Shown here: piece by piece, positions 1 through 8,434 of the stretch
How the letters are laid out: each line of letters opens with the position of its first letter
Position numbering within the stretch: the stretch's first letter is position 1
Origin: Candidatus Krumholzibacteriia bacterium
Lineage (GTDB): Bacteria > Krumholzibacteriota > Krumholzibacteriia > LZORAL124-64-63
Direction of reading: 5' to 3'
Length of the DNA: 64,000 nt
Assembly: GCA_035447065.1 (NCBI GenBank)
Contig: DAOTGJ010000001.1
Coordinates: 79,694 to 143,693 of the forward strand
Made by a program: the position numbers and the translations under genes
The notes under the pieces: generated by a model
What the model saw: only the letters and a program-made list of their open reading frames with translations
Database searches by the model: none
What the model was told of the DNA's origin: nothing

Positions 1-1806
1 GAGGTTCAGGCGCCAGCCGAATGGAGGCAGCTCCGCAGCGGGGGCGGGCGGGGCGGTGGCCGACAGATCGTAGACCAGGAGCCGGCCGTCGGTGGCCTGG
101 ATCCATGCCCGCCCGTCCTCCAGGGTGAAGTCGAGGGCGTCGGCGGACTCCGGGAAGACGGCGATCTGGTGGAGGTCGCCGGCGGGGGTGAACGTGAAGA
201 GCTCGGGGATGGAATGCCGGGTGTCGCTGAGGATGTAGGGCGTCTCCAGCGCTACGTGGACATGATAAACGTAGTGGAACCTCTCGTGCAGGATCCGCTC
301 GGGCGCGGTCGGATCCTGGAGATTGTAGACGGTTGCGAAGTTCTGCGTCCAGACGATGAGGTTCTGGTCGTCGCCACGGAGGAAGCGGATGGAGAGGGAT
401 TCCTCCAGGGGGACGGAGGCGTGCTGCACGGGATGCGCCGGGTCGGCGATGTCGAAGACGCGGAGCTCGTCGCCCGCCAGGAAGTAGAGCATGGAGCCCG
501 CCAGGTGGGGTTTGGATTGCGGTGCGCGCGGGTCGTAGGCCGCGAGCAGCGTCCTCGGGCCGAAGCGGCCGGCGGGCCCGATCCCGATGCAGACGGCGCC
601 GAACCGCGAACGGGTGACCACCAGGGCGTCGTCCGTGAGGGCGAGGCCGCCCACATCGTCCCAGGAGCACAACGTGTCCAACAGTACGGGCTCGGGCGAG
701 GCGGCCTGGTCGTAGAGCGAGATCACGCCGTTCCAGAGGGCGGACGCGAGCCGGTCGCCGCGGAGAGCCACCACGTCGTGGCGGGCGGGAAAGGGCAGGA
801 ACGTCGAGAACTGGGGCGTGGCGTCTCCGTCGAGGGCGGCGCGGCGGTATCGCGGACTCTCGTTCGAGGCGTTGTCGATGATGTGGAGCATCCCGTCGCC
901 GGCCGCCACCTGCCAGAGCCCACGGGAGAAGTCGCCGGCGATGATCTCGCGGACCGCGACATGGCTGGGGTCCGTCACATCGTAGAGCAGGACGCGCCGG
1001 TTCTGGGCGACCGCGATGGTGTCGCCGCTCCGTTCGGCGTCGACGGAGTTGAAGGAGCTTTCCAGGTGCGCACTGTGCCGGAGGAGCCCGTCCTTCCGCA
1101 CCTTGTAGAGGTCGACGGCATCGGAGCTCACCGCCAGGAGGCTGCCGTCCAGATGGAACAGGTCGCGCGGCGTGTCGTCGACCCAGGGATCGTGCGGTAC
1201 GCAGACCGGATGCAGGGGATCCGCGAGGTCGCAGACCGCGCCAAGGGTCCAGAGGCGGCGACCGTCGAAGGCGCCGGCTCGGCGCACGCTCCCGGGCGGC
1301 AGGAAATTCGTCGCGTATTCCAGTTCCGTCAGGCTGCGGTGGCGGTACACGCGGACGGTACGGTCGCCGAGGATCAGCACCAGGCCGCCGCGTGCCAGGA
1401 CCCTGCACGGCTCATCGTCGGGAAAGCGGCGGGGCGTGGACGCGAGGACCCGCGGGAGCCGGCCCGGAACGTTCGCCACGATGTGGAGGGCGTCATAGGT
1501 GAGCACGTACCCGATCCGCTCCTGATCGAACTCCAGGTCGAGGATGGGCGAAGCGAAAGCGGTCTCGTCCAGGATCGTCGGCTCGGCGCCGCCGTCGTGA
1601 CGGAACGTGCGCAGGGTCGGCCCCAGGGCCACGAAGACCGTGTCGTTGCGGCTGGCCATGTCCGCGGGGGAGGAGTAGGGAGAGCGGTGGAGGATCTCGA
1701 TGCCATCGTCCAGGGCCTGGCTGCCGGCCGCTGAGGCCAGCGCCGCGAGTCCCAGACAGATCATCACAAAGCCCCGTGCCGTACGTGCGTGCCGGTTCCT
1801 CATCAT
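1..1806 (-). CDS. Exported beta-propeller-like repeat protein (LVIVD-like repeats); C-terminus cut by the window edge
   Basis: Missing from the ORF track because it runs off the left edge. My reverse-strand translation from ATGATG at 1806 reads MMRNRHARTARGFVMICLGLAALALAASAAGSQALDDGIEILHRS... It stays open to position 1 (...GRLLVYDLSATAPPAPAAELPPFGWRLNL, no stop). Third codon positions are almost all G/C. The N-terminus looks like a signal peptide. Recurring units such as LLYDVTDPSHV, LRVFDIADPAHP and TVYNLQDPTAP resemble LVIVD propeller repeats. The listed + ORF 169..1734 is its in-phase antisense shadow. Confidence 0.7.
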   Translation of the reverse strand, partial: MMRNRHARTARGFVMICLGLAALASAAGSQALDDGIEILHRSPYSSPADMASRNDTVFVALGPTLRTFRHDGGAEPTILDETAFASPILDLEFDQERIGYVLTYDALHIVANVPGRLPRVLASTPRRFPDDEPCRVLARGGLVLILGDRTVRVYRHRSLTELEYATNFLPPGSVRRAGAFDGRRLWTLGAVCDLADPLHPVCVPHDPWVDDTPRDLFHLDGSLLAVSSDAVDLYKVRKDGLLRHSAHLESSFNSVDAERSGDTIAVAQNRRVLLYDVTDPSHVAVREIIAGDFSRGLWQVAAGDGMLHIIDNASNESPRYRRAALDGDATPQFSTFLPFPARHDVVALRGDRLASALWNGVISLYDQAASPEPVLLDTLCSWDDVGGLALTDDALVVTRSRFGAVCIGIGPAGRFGPRTLLAAYDPRAPQSKPHLAGSMLYFLAGDELRVFDIADPAHPVQHASVPLEESLSIRFLRGDDQNLIVWTQNFATVYNLQDPTAPERILHERFHYVYHVHVALETPYILSDTRHSIPELFTFTPAGDLHQIAVFPESADALDFTLEDGRAWIQATDGRLLVYDLSATAPPAPAAELPPFGWRLNL

Positions 1807-1961
1807 CCTGCCCCCCGGGATCTTGTTCGGAATTCACGTTCGAGATGGGATGATGATAGCATGGATTCAGGATTTGCGGCCCTTGCGGATCCAGGATGTC
1901 CCGTTCTTGTCCGTGAGCTCATCGCGGGATATCCTTGAGGTTCCCCCACCCAGGAGGCCCC

Positions 1962-3650
1962 ATGGACGCCGCCGACCGCCTGCTCGAAACCATCCGCACC
2001 GGCGTCATCGGCCGCGACCGCGCCGTGGACGGCCCCTTCGGCCCCCGCCGCCTGATCTACGCGGACTACACCGCCTCGGGCCGCTCCCTGGACTTCATCG
2101 AACGCTTCCTGGCCGACGAGGTCCTGCCCCTCTACGCCAACACCCACACCGAGAGCAGCACCACCGGCCTGCAGACCACGCGCTTCCGCGAGGACGCGCG
2201 CCGCATCATCGGCGAGGCGTGCGGCGCCGGCGAGGACGACGTGGTCATCTTCTGCGGCTCGGGCGCCACCGGGGCCATCAACAAGATGGTGGACGTGCTG
2301 AACATGCGCGTGCCGGCGGACCTGGACGCGCGCTACCGCCTGAGCGACGCCATCCCGGCCCACGAGCGGCCCGTGGTCTTCATCGGGCCGTACGAGCACC
2401 ACTCCAACGAGCTGCCCTGGCGCGAGTCGCTGGCCGACGTGGTGACCATCGAGGAGGACGCCAACGGGCGCGTGGACCAGGCGGCGCTGAAGGCGGCGCT
2501 GGAGAAGTACGCCGCGCGGCCGCTGAAGATCGGCAGCTTCTCGGCGGCCAGCAACGTGACGGGCATCGTGTCGGACACGTGGGGGATCTCGCGGCTGCTG
2601 CACGAGCACGGGGCGCTGGCGTTCTGGGACTTCGCCGCGGCGGCGCCGTACGTGCGCATCGAGATGAACCCGCGGCCCGATGGGCACCCTCTGGAGGCCA
2701 AGGACGCCGTGTTCATCTCGCCGCACAAGTTCATCGGCGGGCCGGGCACGCCGGGCGTGCTGGTGGTGAAGAAGCGGCTGCTGACCAACCGCGTGCCCAC
2801 CGTCCCGGGCGGCGGCACGGTGAGCTACGTGAACGAGTCGGATCACGACTACCTGACGGATCCCGCCCACCGCGAGGAGGGCGGCACGCCGGCCATCGTG
2901 GAGGCCATCCGCGCGGGGCTGGTGTTCGGGCTGAAGCGCGCGGTGGGGGAGGACGTGATCGAGGCGCGGGAGCGGAGCTTCGTGGACCGCGCCATCGCCT
3001 CGTGGTCGGGGCACCCCAACATCGACGTGCTGGGGAACCTGAAGAGCAAGCGGCTGTCCATCGTCTCGTTCGTGATCCGGCACGGGGAGCGGCTGCTGCA
3101 CCACAACTTCGTGGTGGCGCTGCTCAACGACCTCTTCGGCATCCAGGCGCGCGGCGGCTGCTCCTGCGCGGGGCCGTACGGGCACCGGTTGCTGGGCATC
3201 GACCTGGCGCGCAGCCTGCGCTTCCACGACGCCATCGCCCACGGCCACGAGGGCATCAAGCCCGGCTGGGTGCGCATGAACTTCAACTACTTCATCAGCG
3301 AGCGCGCCTTCGACTTCCTGCTGCGCGCGGTGGAGATCATCGCGGAGGACGGCTGGCGCCTGCTGCCCCAGTACCGCTTCCAGCCCGAGACCGGCCTCTG
3401 GCGCCACCGCGACCACCGGCCCGACGCCTCGCTCAGCCTCCACGACGTGACCTACGCCGACGGCCACCTCTCCTACCGCTCCCGCCACTGCTGCGAGCCC
3501 GAGAGCGCGCACGGCTCCTACCTGGAGGAGGCGCGGCGCATCCTGGCCGCGGCGGCGAGCGATCCCGTGCCGTGTCCGGCCACCGTGCTGCCGCCGGACG
3601 CGGAGGCGTTGCGGTGGTTTCCGCTGCCGGGGGAGACCGCTTCCGCCTGA
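1962..3650 (+). CDS. Class V aminotransferase-fold PLP enzyme (cysteine desulfurase / selenocysteine lyase-like)
   Basis: ORF 1935..3650. I prefer the ATG at 1962, which is preceded by CAGGAGG. Family blocks are YADYTASGRSL, FCGSGATGAINK, FSAASNVTG and ISPHKFIGGPGTPG (PLP-lysine context). Confidence 0.88.
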   Translation: MDAADRLLETIRTGVIGRDRAVDGPFGPRRLIYADYTASGRSLDFIERFLADEVLPLYANTHTESSTTGLQTTRFREDARRIIGEACGAGEDDVVIFCGSGATGAINKMVDVLNMRVPADLDARYRLSDAIPAHERPVVFIGPYEHHSNELPWRESLADVVTIEEDANGRVDQAALKAALEKYAARPLKIGSFSAASNVTGIVSDTWGISRLLHEHGALAFWDFAAAAPYVRIEMNPRPDGHPLEAKDAVFISPHKFIGGPGTPGVLVVKKRLLTNRVPTVPGGGTVSYVNESDHDYLTDPAHREEGGTPAIVEAIRAGLVFGLKRAVGEDVIEARERSFVDRAIASWSGHPNIDVLGNLKSKRLSIVSFVIRHGERLLHHNFVVALLNDLFGIQARGGCSCAGPYGHRLLGIDLARSLRFHDAIAHGHEGIKPGWVRMNFNYFISERAFDFLLRAVEIIAEDGWRLLPQYRFQPETGLWRHRDHRPDASLSLHDVTYADGHLSYRSRHCCEPESAHGSYLEEARRILAAAASDPVPCPATVLPPDAEALRWFPLPGETASA

Positions 3651-3663
3651 TCCGGCCGACGCG

Positions 3664-3697
3664 AAAACCGGCCCCCTCCCGCTGGGGAAGGGGCCGG
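3664..3697 (-). terminator. Rho-independent terminator downstream of the NHL lipoprotein gene
   Basis: CCGGCCCC (3668-3675) pairs with GGGGCCGG (3690-3697), and an inner TCCC/GGGA pairing extends the stem. On the minus strand the hairpin is followed by TTTT (plus-strand AAAA 3664-3667). It lies 29 nt after the stop at 3726. Confidence 0.6.
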
Positions 3698-3725
3698 CGC
3701 GCGGCGTCGCCGTGGTGTGCTGGGG

Positions 3726-5495
3726 TCACGGTTCGCGCGCGATGCCGTCCTCCAGGTGCAGCGTCCCGTGATCCGATGCGAGCTCGATCGTGTACACCCG
3801 GTTCGCCACGTCGGAGGCCACGTACACCGTGTGCGCGTCCGGCGCGTAGGTCAGGCCGTTGAACTGCCAGCTCGCCGGCTGCCCCGGCGGGCCTTCCAGC
3901 CCCAGCGCCAGCCCCTCGGCCAGCACGGACACGTCGCCGTTCATCAGGTCGATGCGCGACACGCGGCCCGCGCCCGTCTCCACCACCAGCAGCGCGGCGT
4001 CGTGGAGCACGGCCAGGCCCTCGGGCGCGTCCAGGCCCGCGGCCACCAGCCGCGGCTCCGGCAGCGCCACGCCGTCGCGGGCCACGCAGTGCACGGTGCC
4101 CTTGGCGCGGTCGGCCACCCAGAGGTCGCCGTCGTTGGCGGCCAGCCCGCTGGGGTAGACCAGGCCGTGGGCCAGCACCTCGCGGTCCGAGGCGCGGAAC
4201 ACGGTGCCGCTGCGCAGGCCCGCCACCACCACGTCGCCGTGGTAGCGGATGGCGTTGACCGGCACGTCGTCCACGGGCAGGAAGCGGTAGTCCTCGGTGA
4301 TGGCGCAGGTCAGCGGATCCACCACCTGCACGCGGCCCAGCCACGACGACACCACCAGCCGCTCCCCGTCCATGGCCACGGTCATGGGCGCGGTCAGGCC
4401 GTCGGGCGAGAGGTCGCAGCGGTGCACGGCGCAGCACTCGCCGGTGTCGCGGCGGAAGGCGCGCAGGGTCCAGGCATCGGCCACCCAGAGGGGCTCGTCC
4501 TGCTTGGCGCCGTTGGGGCAGAGGGTGAGGCCGCCCGGCAGGATCAGGCCCGGCGCGCGGATCACGCGGCGGGCGCCGTAGCTGTACAGCTTGATGACCG
4601 ACCCGTCCTGGCTGTTGCCCACGTACACGTGGCCGCGCGGATCGGGCGCCACGCTGCTCAGCCCCGGCTCGAAGACCCCCAGCCGATGGCGCGTGGGCAG
4701 GGCCTTGGCGGCGTCCAGCTCCGTGTCGTGGACGGCGGCGCCGGGGATGGCCAGGCGCCACAGCTCGCCGGTGCCGGCGTCGGTCAGCAGCAGACGGCCG
4801 TCGGGCTCGAAGGCGATGCCCGCCGGATTGGTGAACCCGTCGGTCACGCGCTGGAACGTGGCCGGGTCGTCCTGCAGCCGCACGCGGAAGAGCTCGCCCG
4901 TATGCCAGCTCGTGGCGTAGAGCCGGCCGCAGGGATCGAAGGCCAGGCCGCCGGGCGTGAACGGCAGCGCCACCTCGCGCCGCACGGGCGCCAGGTCGGG
5001 CTCGAACACGCACAGGCCCTCGCCCAGCACGCGCCGGGCCACGGCCACGCGGCCGTCGCGGTCCACGGCCAGCGGGCCGGCGCCCACGCCCACGTCCACG
5101 CCGGTGCAGCAGCCGTCGGCGGTGCGGCGCTGGAGGCGGCCGGTCCAGAAGTTGGTCCAATAGAGGGCGCCGTCGGGGCCGTAGGCCAGATCGCCGGGGC
5201 CCTCCACGCCCTTGTCCGGACCGAGACGCGTCAGCAGGGTGCCGTCATGCACGTCGATCTCGTCGATCTGGCGGCCGAAGAGGCTGCCCACGGTCAGCAC
5301 GTCGCGGTCCTTCATGGCCAGGCCGTTGGCGCCGTGGAGTTCGCCGGCCTGGATGTCGCCGGCGGCGGTGAGGGACAGGGTCGTGACCTGGGCGGTCGTG
5401 ACGGGAGGGGCGGGGGGAGCCGAGGGGTCGTGCTGGCAGGCGGGCGCGAGCGTCAGCAGAGCCAGCGCGAGCGCCAGGGTGGCGGTGCGTCGCAT
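3726..5495 (-). CDS. NHL/SMP-30-like beta-propeller lipoprotein
   Basis: ORF 3726..5810. The real start is the ATG at 5495 (MRRTATLALALALLTLAPACQHD: signal peptide plus lipobox-like Cys), preceded by AGGAGG. Repeated units are GPGDLAYGPDGALYWT, PGGLAFDPCGRLYAT, NPAGIAFEPDGRLLLTD and PEGLAVL. The 105-aa in-frame upstream extension is Arg/Pro junk. Confidence 0.85.
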   Translation of the reverse strand: MRRTATLALALALLTLAPACQHDPSAPPAPPVTTAQVTTLSLTAAGDIQAGELHGANGLAMKDRDVLTVGSLFGRQIDEIDVHDGTLLTRLGPDKGVEGPGDLAYGPDGALYWTNFWTGRLQRRTADGCCTGVDVGVGAGPLAVDRDGRVAVARRVLGEGLCVFEPDLAPVRREVALPFTPGGLAFDPCGRLYATSWHTGELFRVRLQDDPATFQRVTDGFTNPAGIAFEPDGRLLLTDAGTGELWRLAIPGAAVHDTELDAAKALPTRHRLGVFEPGLSSVAPDPRGHVYVGNSQDGSVIKLYSYGARRVIRAPGLILPGGLTLCPNGAKQDEPLWVADAWTLRAFRRDTGECCAVHRCDLSPDGLTAPMTVAMDGERLVVSSWLGRVQVVDPLTCAITEDYRFLPVDDVPVNAIRYHGDVVVAGLRSGTVFRASDREVLAHGLVYPSGLAANDGDLWVADRAKGTVHCVARDGVALPEPRLVAAGLDAPEGLAVLHDAALLVVETGAGRVSRIDLMNGDVSVLAEGLALGLEGPPGQPASWQFNGLTYAPDAHTVYVASDVANRVYTIELASDHGTLHLEDGIAREP

Positions 5496-5768
5496 GTCCG
5501 ATACCTCCTGCGGGCGGTGGTGGGGATGCGGCCGGCCGAGACGGCGGGGCGCGCGACGGCGCGGGGAGCGGAACGATGGCGGCGCATGGAGCGGGGTCCT
5601 CTCGTCGTCGGGTCCTGGGGCGAGGCGTGGTGCCCGGTCGGGAACGGCGTGCCGAAGGGTCGCGGTGCGGCGGCGACGGTGGGGTGGACGGCGGAGCGTC
5701 CGGCACGGCGTGCATGGTAGCACGGAGGGGCATGAGGAATCGTCGCAACGGCGGGGTTTGATCCCAGG

Positions 5769-5804
5769 AAAACGCGACGGCCCGGCTCGCCATGAGCCGG
5801 GCCG
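5769..5804 (-). terminator. Rho-independent terminator downstream of the cytochrome gene
   Basis: Perfect 11-bp stem CGGCCCGGCTC (5778-5788) / GAGCCGGGCCG (5794-5804) with a 5-nt loop. On the minus strand it is followed by TCGCGTTTTCC. It lies 26 nt after the stop at 5830. Confidence 0.7.
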
Positions 5805-5829
5805 CCGCACGCAACCTGCGTCGCTCGTT

Positions 5830-7293
5830 CTACTTCACCACCTGCATCTTCCCGGTCACCGGCACACCCCCGTCGTCCCAGCGCAGGAAGTAGGTACCGG
5901 CGCCCACGGCGCGGCCGTCCGCGGTGCGGCCGTCCCAGGCCAGCTCCACGCGGCCGTCGGCGCCGCCCGTGGAGCGCAGCATGCGCACGGTGCGGCCGCG
6001 GGCGTCGAACACCAGCAGCTTGCCCGGCACGGCGGGCCGCGCGGCGCCGCGCACGGTCACGCCGGACCCCGCGCCCACGGGGCTGGGGAACACGGTCAGG
6101 CCGCTCACGCCGTCGGGCGTGAAGTTCACGGACGACGGCGCGTCCATGCCGTGCGGTCCCGGCCCGGCGGGGATCACGCCGTGGCACACGGTGCAGTCGC
6201 TCAGCGCGCCGGCGTGGCCCTGCAGCTCGGTGGCCAGCACGTTGTCGTTGGCCTCGCGGCTGGGCCAGATCGCATGGGGCGACCCGTGGCAGGCGATGCA
6301 CGCCACGCCGCCGTGGCCGGTGCTGTTGCGGTAGAGCTGTCCCACGGGCTCGCCGTACTGGGCGGTGTGGCAGTCGCGGCAGGCCGGCTCGTCCACCCAG
6401 GGCACGCGCCCCTGATGCTCGATGGACCCCGCCACCTGCCCCAGGTCGCCGTGGCAGTCCTGGCAGATCATGCCGTAGTCCGTGGCCATGGTGCCGCGCA
6501 GGCAGTTGGCCTGGGGACCGGGATGGCACATCTGGCAGCCGGCCAGGCCGGGCCGCGTCTCGTCCAGGAACTGGTGCTGGTCGTGGATGCGGAACGAGAA
6601 GTAGCCGGCCTCGCCGATTCCCGGCGTCCCCAGCGCCGGACTCGCGTGGCAGGAGGCGCAGAGGATGGGCGTGTTGTTCGGGTTGAAGCCGCCCTCGTCC
6701 TCATGCTGGTTGAGGATGGCCTGCTCGCTGGAGTGGCAGCCCGAGGTCACGCAGTTCACCTCGGTGCTGGTGGGGATCACCGGCCGGCTCGCCGCCAGCT
6801 GCACCTGCGACGCGTCCCAGGCGATGACCTCCGCGAGCTGGTACGGATTCTCCACCGTGGGCGTGGCGTCGGGGAACGGGGTGATGGGGATGCCCTCGGC
6901 GCGCCAGCGTCCGTTCTCGAACGTGAACTCGCCGGTGAGGCCCAGGCCGGTCAGCCCCACGTCCGGCGGCAGGTCCACGCCGAAGAGGGCCTGGTCCCAG
7001 TCCCAGAAATCGGTCTTCCCCACGGAGTAGGTGTTGCCGGGAACGGAGTAGGTGAGCGTCACGCCCGACTCCAGCAGCACGGGCAGGTGCGTGGCGTCGC
7101 CGCGCTGCACCACCTGGGCCTCCAGCGTGTTGAAGGGCGGCAGGATGGACAGGGTGGCGTGGTCGCGGTTCATGCAGTGCATGCCCAGATCGTTCCACAC
7201 CAGCACCACGTGATCGTCCAGGGGGGCGGACTGCACGACGGCCGGGGAGACGCAGAGGGCGAGGATCAGGACGACGAGGACCATTCGGGACAT
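5830..7293 (-). CDS. Exported multihaem c-type cytochrome with a FlgD-Ig / T9SS-type C-terminal sorting domain
   Basis: ORF 5830..7353. The start is the ATG at 7293 (MSRMVLVVLILALCVSPAVVQSAP), preceded by CAGGAGG. There are six CxxCH motifs (CASCH, CQMCH, CQDCH, CRDCH, CIACH, CTVCH) plus one CX4CH-like motif (CVTSGCH). The C-terminus reads KLLVFDARGRTVRML...WDGRTADGRAVGAGTYFLRW...KMQVVK. Confidence 0.9.
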   Translation of the reverse strand: MSRMVLVVLILALCVSPAVVQSAPLDDHVVLVWNDLGMHCMNRDHATLSILPPFNTLEAQVVQRGDATHLPVLLESGVTLTYSVPGNTYSVGKTDFWDWDQALFGVDLPPDVGLTGLGLTGEFTFENGRWRAEGIPITPFPDATPTVENPYQLAEVIAWDASQVQLAASRPVIPTSTEVNCVTSGCHSSEQAILNQHEDEGGFNPNNTPILCASCHASPALGTPGIGEAGYFSFRIHDQHQFLDETRPGLAGCQMCHPGPQANCLRGTMATDYGMICQDCHGDLGQVAGSIEHQGRVPWVDEPACRDCHTAQYGEPVGQLYRNSTGHGGVACIACHGSPHAIWPSREANDNVLATELQGHAGALSDCTVCHGVIPAGPGPHGMDAPSSVNFTPDGVSGLTVFPSPVGAGSGVTVRGAARPAVPGKLLVFDARGRTVRMLRSTGGADGRVELAWDGRTADGRAVGAGTYFLRWDDGGVPVTGKMQVVK

Positions 7294-7445
7294 CACGAGA
7301 ACCTCCTGGACGATGGGCGGACCATGGGGCTCGTGGCGGGGAGCAGAATTCATACCATTGGGGTGTGTTATCAGTCAAAGAAATTCTTGATTCATTGATC
7401 CAGCGCGGCCCGACAACCCGATCTGGCCAGTCCGGGGCAGGCCTG

Positions 7446-7451
7446 TATAAT
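7446..7451 (+). promoter_or_regulatory. Candidate sigma70 -10 box (TATAAT) for the NMO-queG-rSAM operon
   Basis: A perfect TATAAT lies 30 nt upstream of the ATG at 7481, in the only AT-richer patch of the divergent intergenic region. The -35 is weak (CTGGCC at a 17-nt spacing). AAGGAG sits at 7469-7474. Confidence 0.35.
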
Positions 7452-7480
7452 CGCGCAAGGACCCACTCAAGGAGATCCCC

Positions 7481-8434
7481 ATGTCCCGTTCCTGGCCCGA
7501 TTCCCGCCTGCAGGAGCTCTTCGGCTGTGCGCACCCCATCCTCCAGGCCGGCATGGTCCACAACAGCGGCGCGGATCTGGCCGCCGCCGCGGCCGAGGCC
7601 GGCTGCCTGGGTCTCATCGCCGCCGGCAGCTACCGGCCCGACGAGTTCCGCGCCCAGGTGCGGCGCGCCCGCGAGCTCACCGCCAAGCCGGTAGGCGTGA
7701 ACATCCCCCTCTTCTTCAAGTATGCGCGCGAGAGCCTGGAGACCGCCCTGGCCGAGGACGTGCCCGTGATCGTGACCTCGGCCGGTTCGCCCAGGCGCGC
7801 GGCCGGCCCCATCCTGGACGCTGGCCGGGCGTGGGTGCACGTGGCGGCCTCGCCGGCCCTGGCGGTCAAGTGCCAGGAAGCCGGATGCCACGCCGTGGTG
7901 GTGGAGGGGTTCGAGGCGGGCGGCCACAACGGGCGCGAGGAGCTGACCACCATGGTGCTCACGCCGGCGGCCGTGGCGGCCGTGGACATCCCGGTGATCG
8001 CGGCGGGCGGCATCGCCACCGGGGCGCAGATGGCGGCGGCCCTGGCGCTGGGCGCGGCGGGCGTGCAGATCGGCTCGCGCTTCGCGGTCACGCGCGAGTC
8101 GGCCGGGCACCAGGCCTTCAAGCAGGCCGTGGTGGACGGCGACGACACGCTGCTGGTCCTCAAGCAGCTCATGCCCGTGCGCCTTCTGGACAACGCGTTC
8201 CGCCGTCGCGTTCTGGAGGCGGAAGCATCCGGCGCCGCCAAGGAGGAGCTGGCCGCCCTGCTGGGCGAGGGCCGCGCGCGGCTGGGCATGGCCCAGGGCG
8301 ACGTGGACGAGGGCGAGCTGGAGATCGGCCAGGTGGCCGCGCTGATCCACGACATCCCTTCCGCGGCGGAGGTGGTGGCCGCCCTCCTGCGGGATTACGA
8401 CGCGGCCGTGGCCCGTCTGCGGGGCGGGCCGTGA
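7481..8434 (+). CDS. NAD(P)H-dependent FMN oxidoreductase of the nitronate monooxygenase / FabK-like family
   Basis: 317-aa ORF. Family blocks are HPILQAGMVHNSGADLAAAAAEAGCLGLIAAGS, VVVEGFEAGGHNG and IPVIAAGGIATGAQMAAALALGAAGVQIGSRF. Confidence 0.9.
   Translation: MSRSWPDSRLQELFGCAHPILQAGMVHNSGADLAAAAAEAGCLGLIAAGSYRPDEFRAQVRRARELTAKPVGVNIPLFFKYARESLETALAEDVPVIVTSAGSPRRAAGPILDAGRAWVHVAASPALAVKCQEAGCHAVVVEGFEAGGHNGREELTTMVLTPAAVAAVDIPVIAAGGIATGAQMAAALALGAAGVQIGSRFAVTRESAGHQAFKQAVVDGDDTLLVLKQLMPVRLLDNAFRRRVLEAEASGAAKEELAALLGEGRARLGMAQGDVDEGELEIGQVAALIHDIPSAAEVVAALLRDYDAAVARLRGGP

Noticed and set aside
169-1734. 521-aa + strand ORF (and the short minus ORFs 252..656, 723..962, 1374..1706, 1493..1837)
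   Set aside because: Its sequence is Gly/Arg/Val/Asp-rich with no motifs. It is exactly in phase with, and antisense to, the real signal-peptide-bearing gene that I translated from 1806 to the window edge. This is a typical high-GC shadow ORF.
5496-5810. Upstream in-frame extensions offered by the ORF track (for example NHL 5810, cytochrome 7353, subtilase 17275, kinase 55720, ahpC 55521, hydrolase 48376, FGE 32047)
   Set aside because: In each case an internal ATG, GTG or TTG with a good Shine-Dalgarno sequence opens a signal peptide or the conserved N-terminus. The extension itself is Arg/Pro/Ser-rich non-protein-like sequence.
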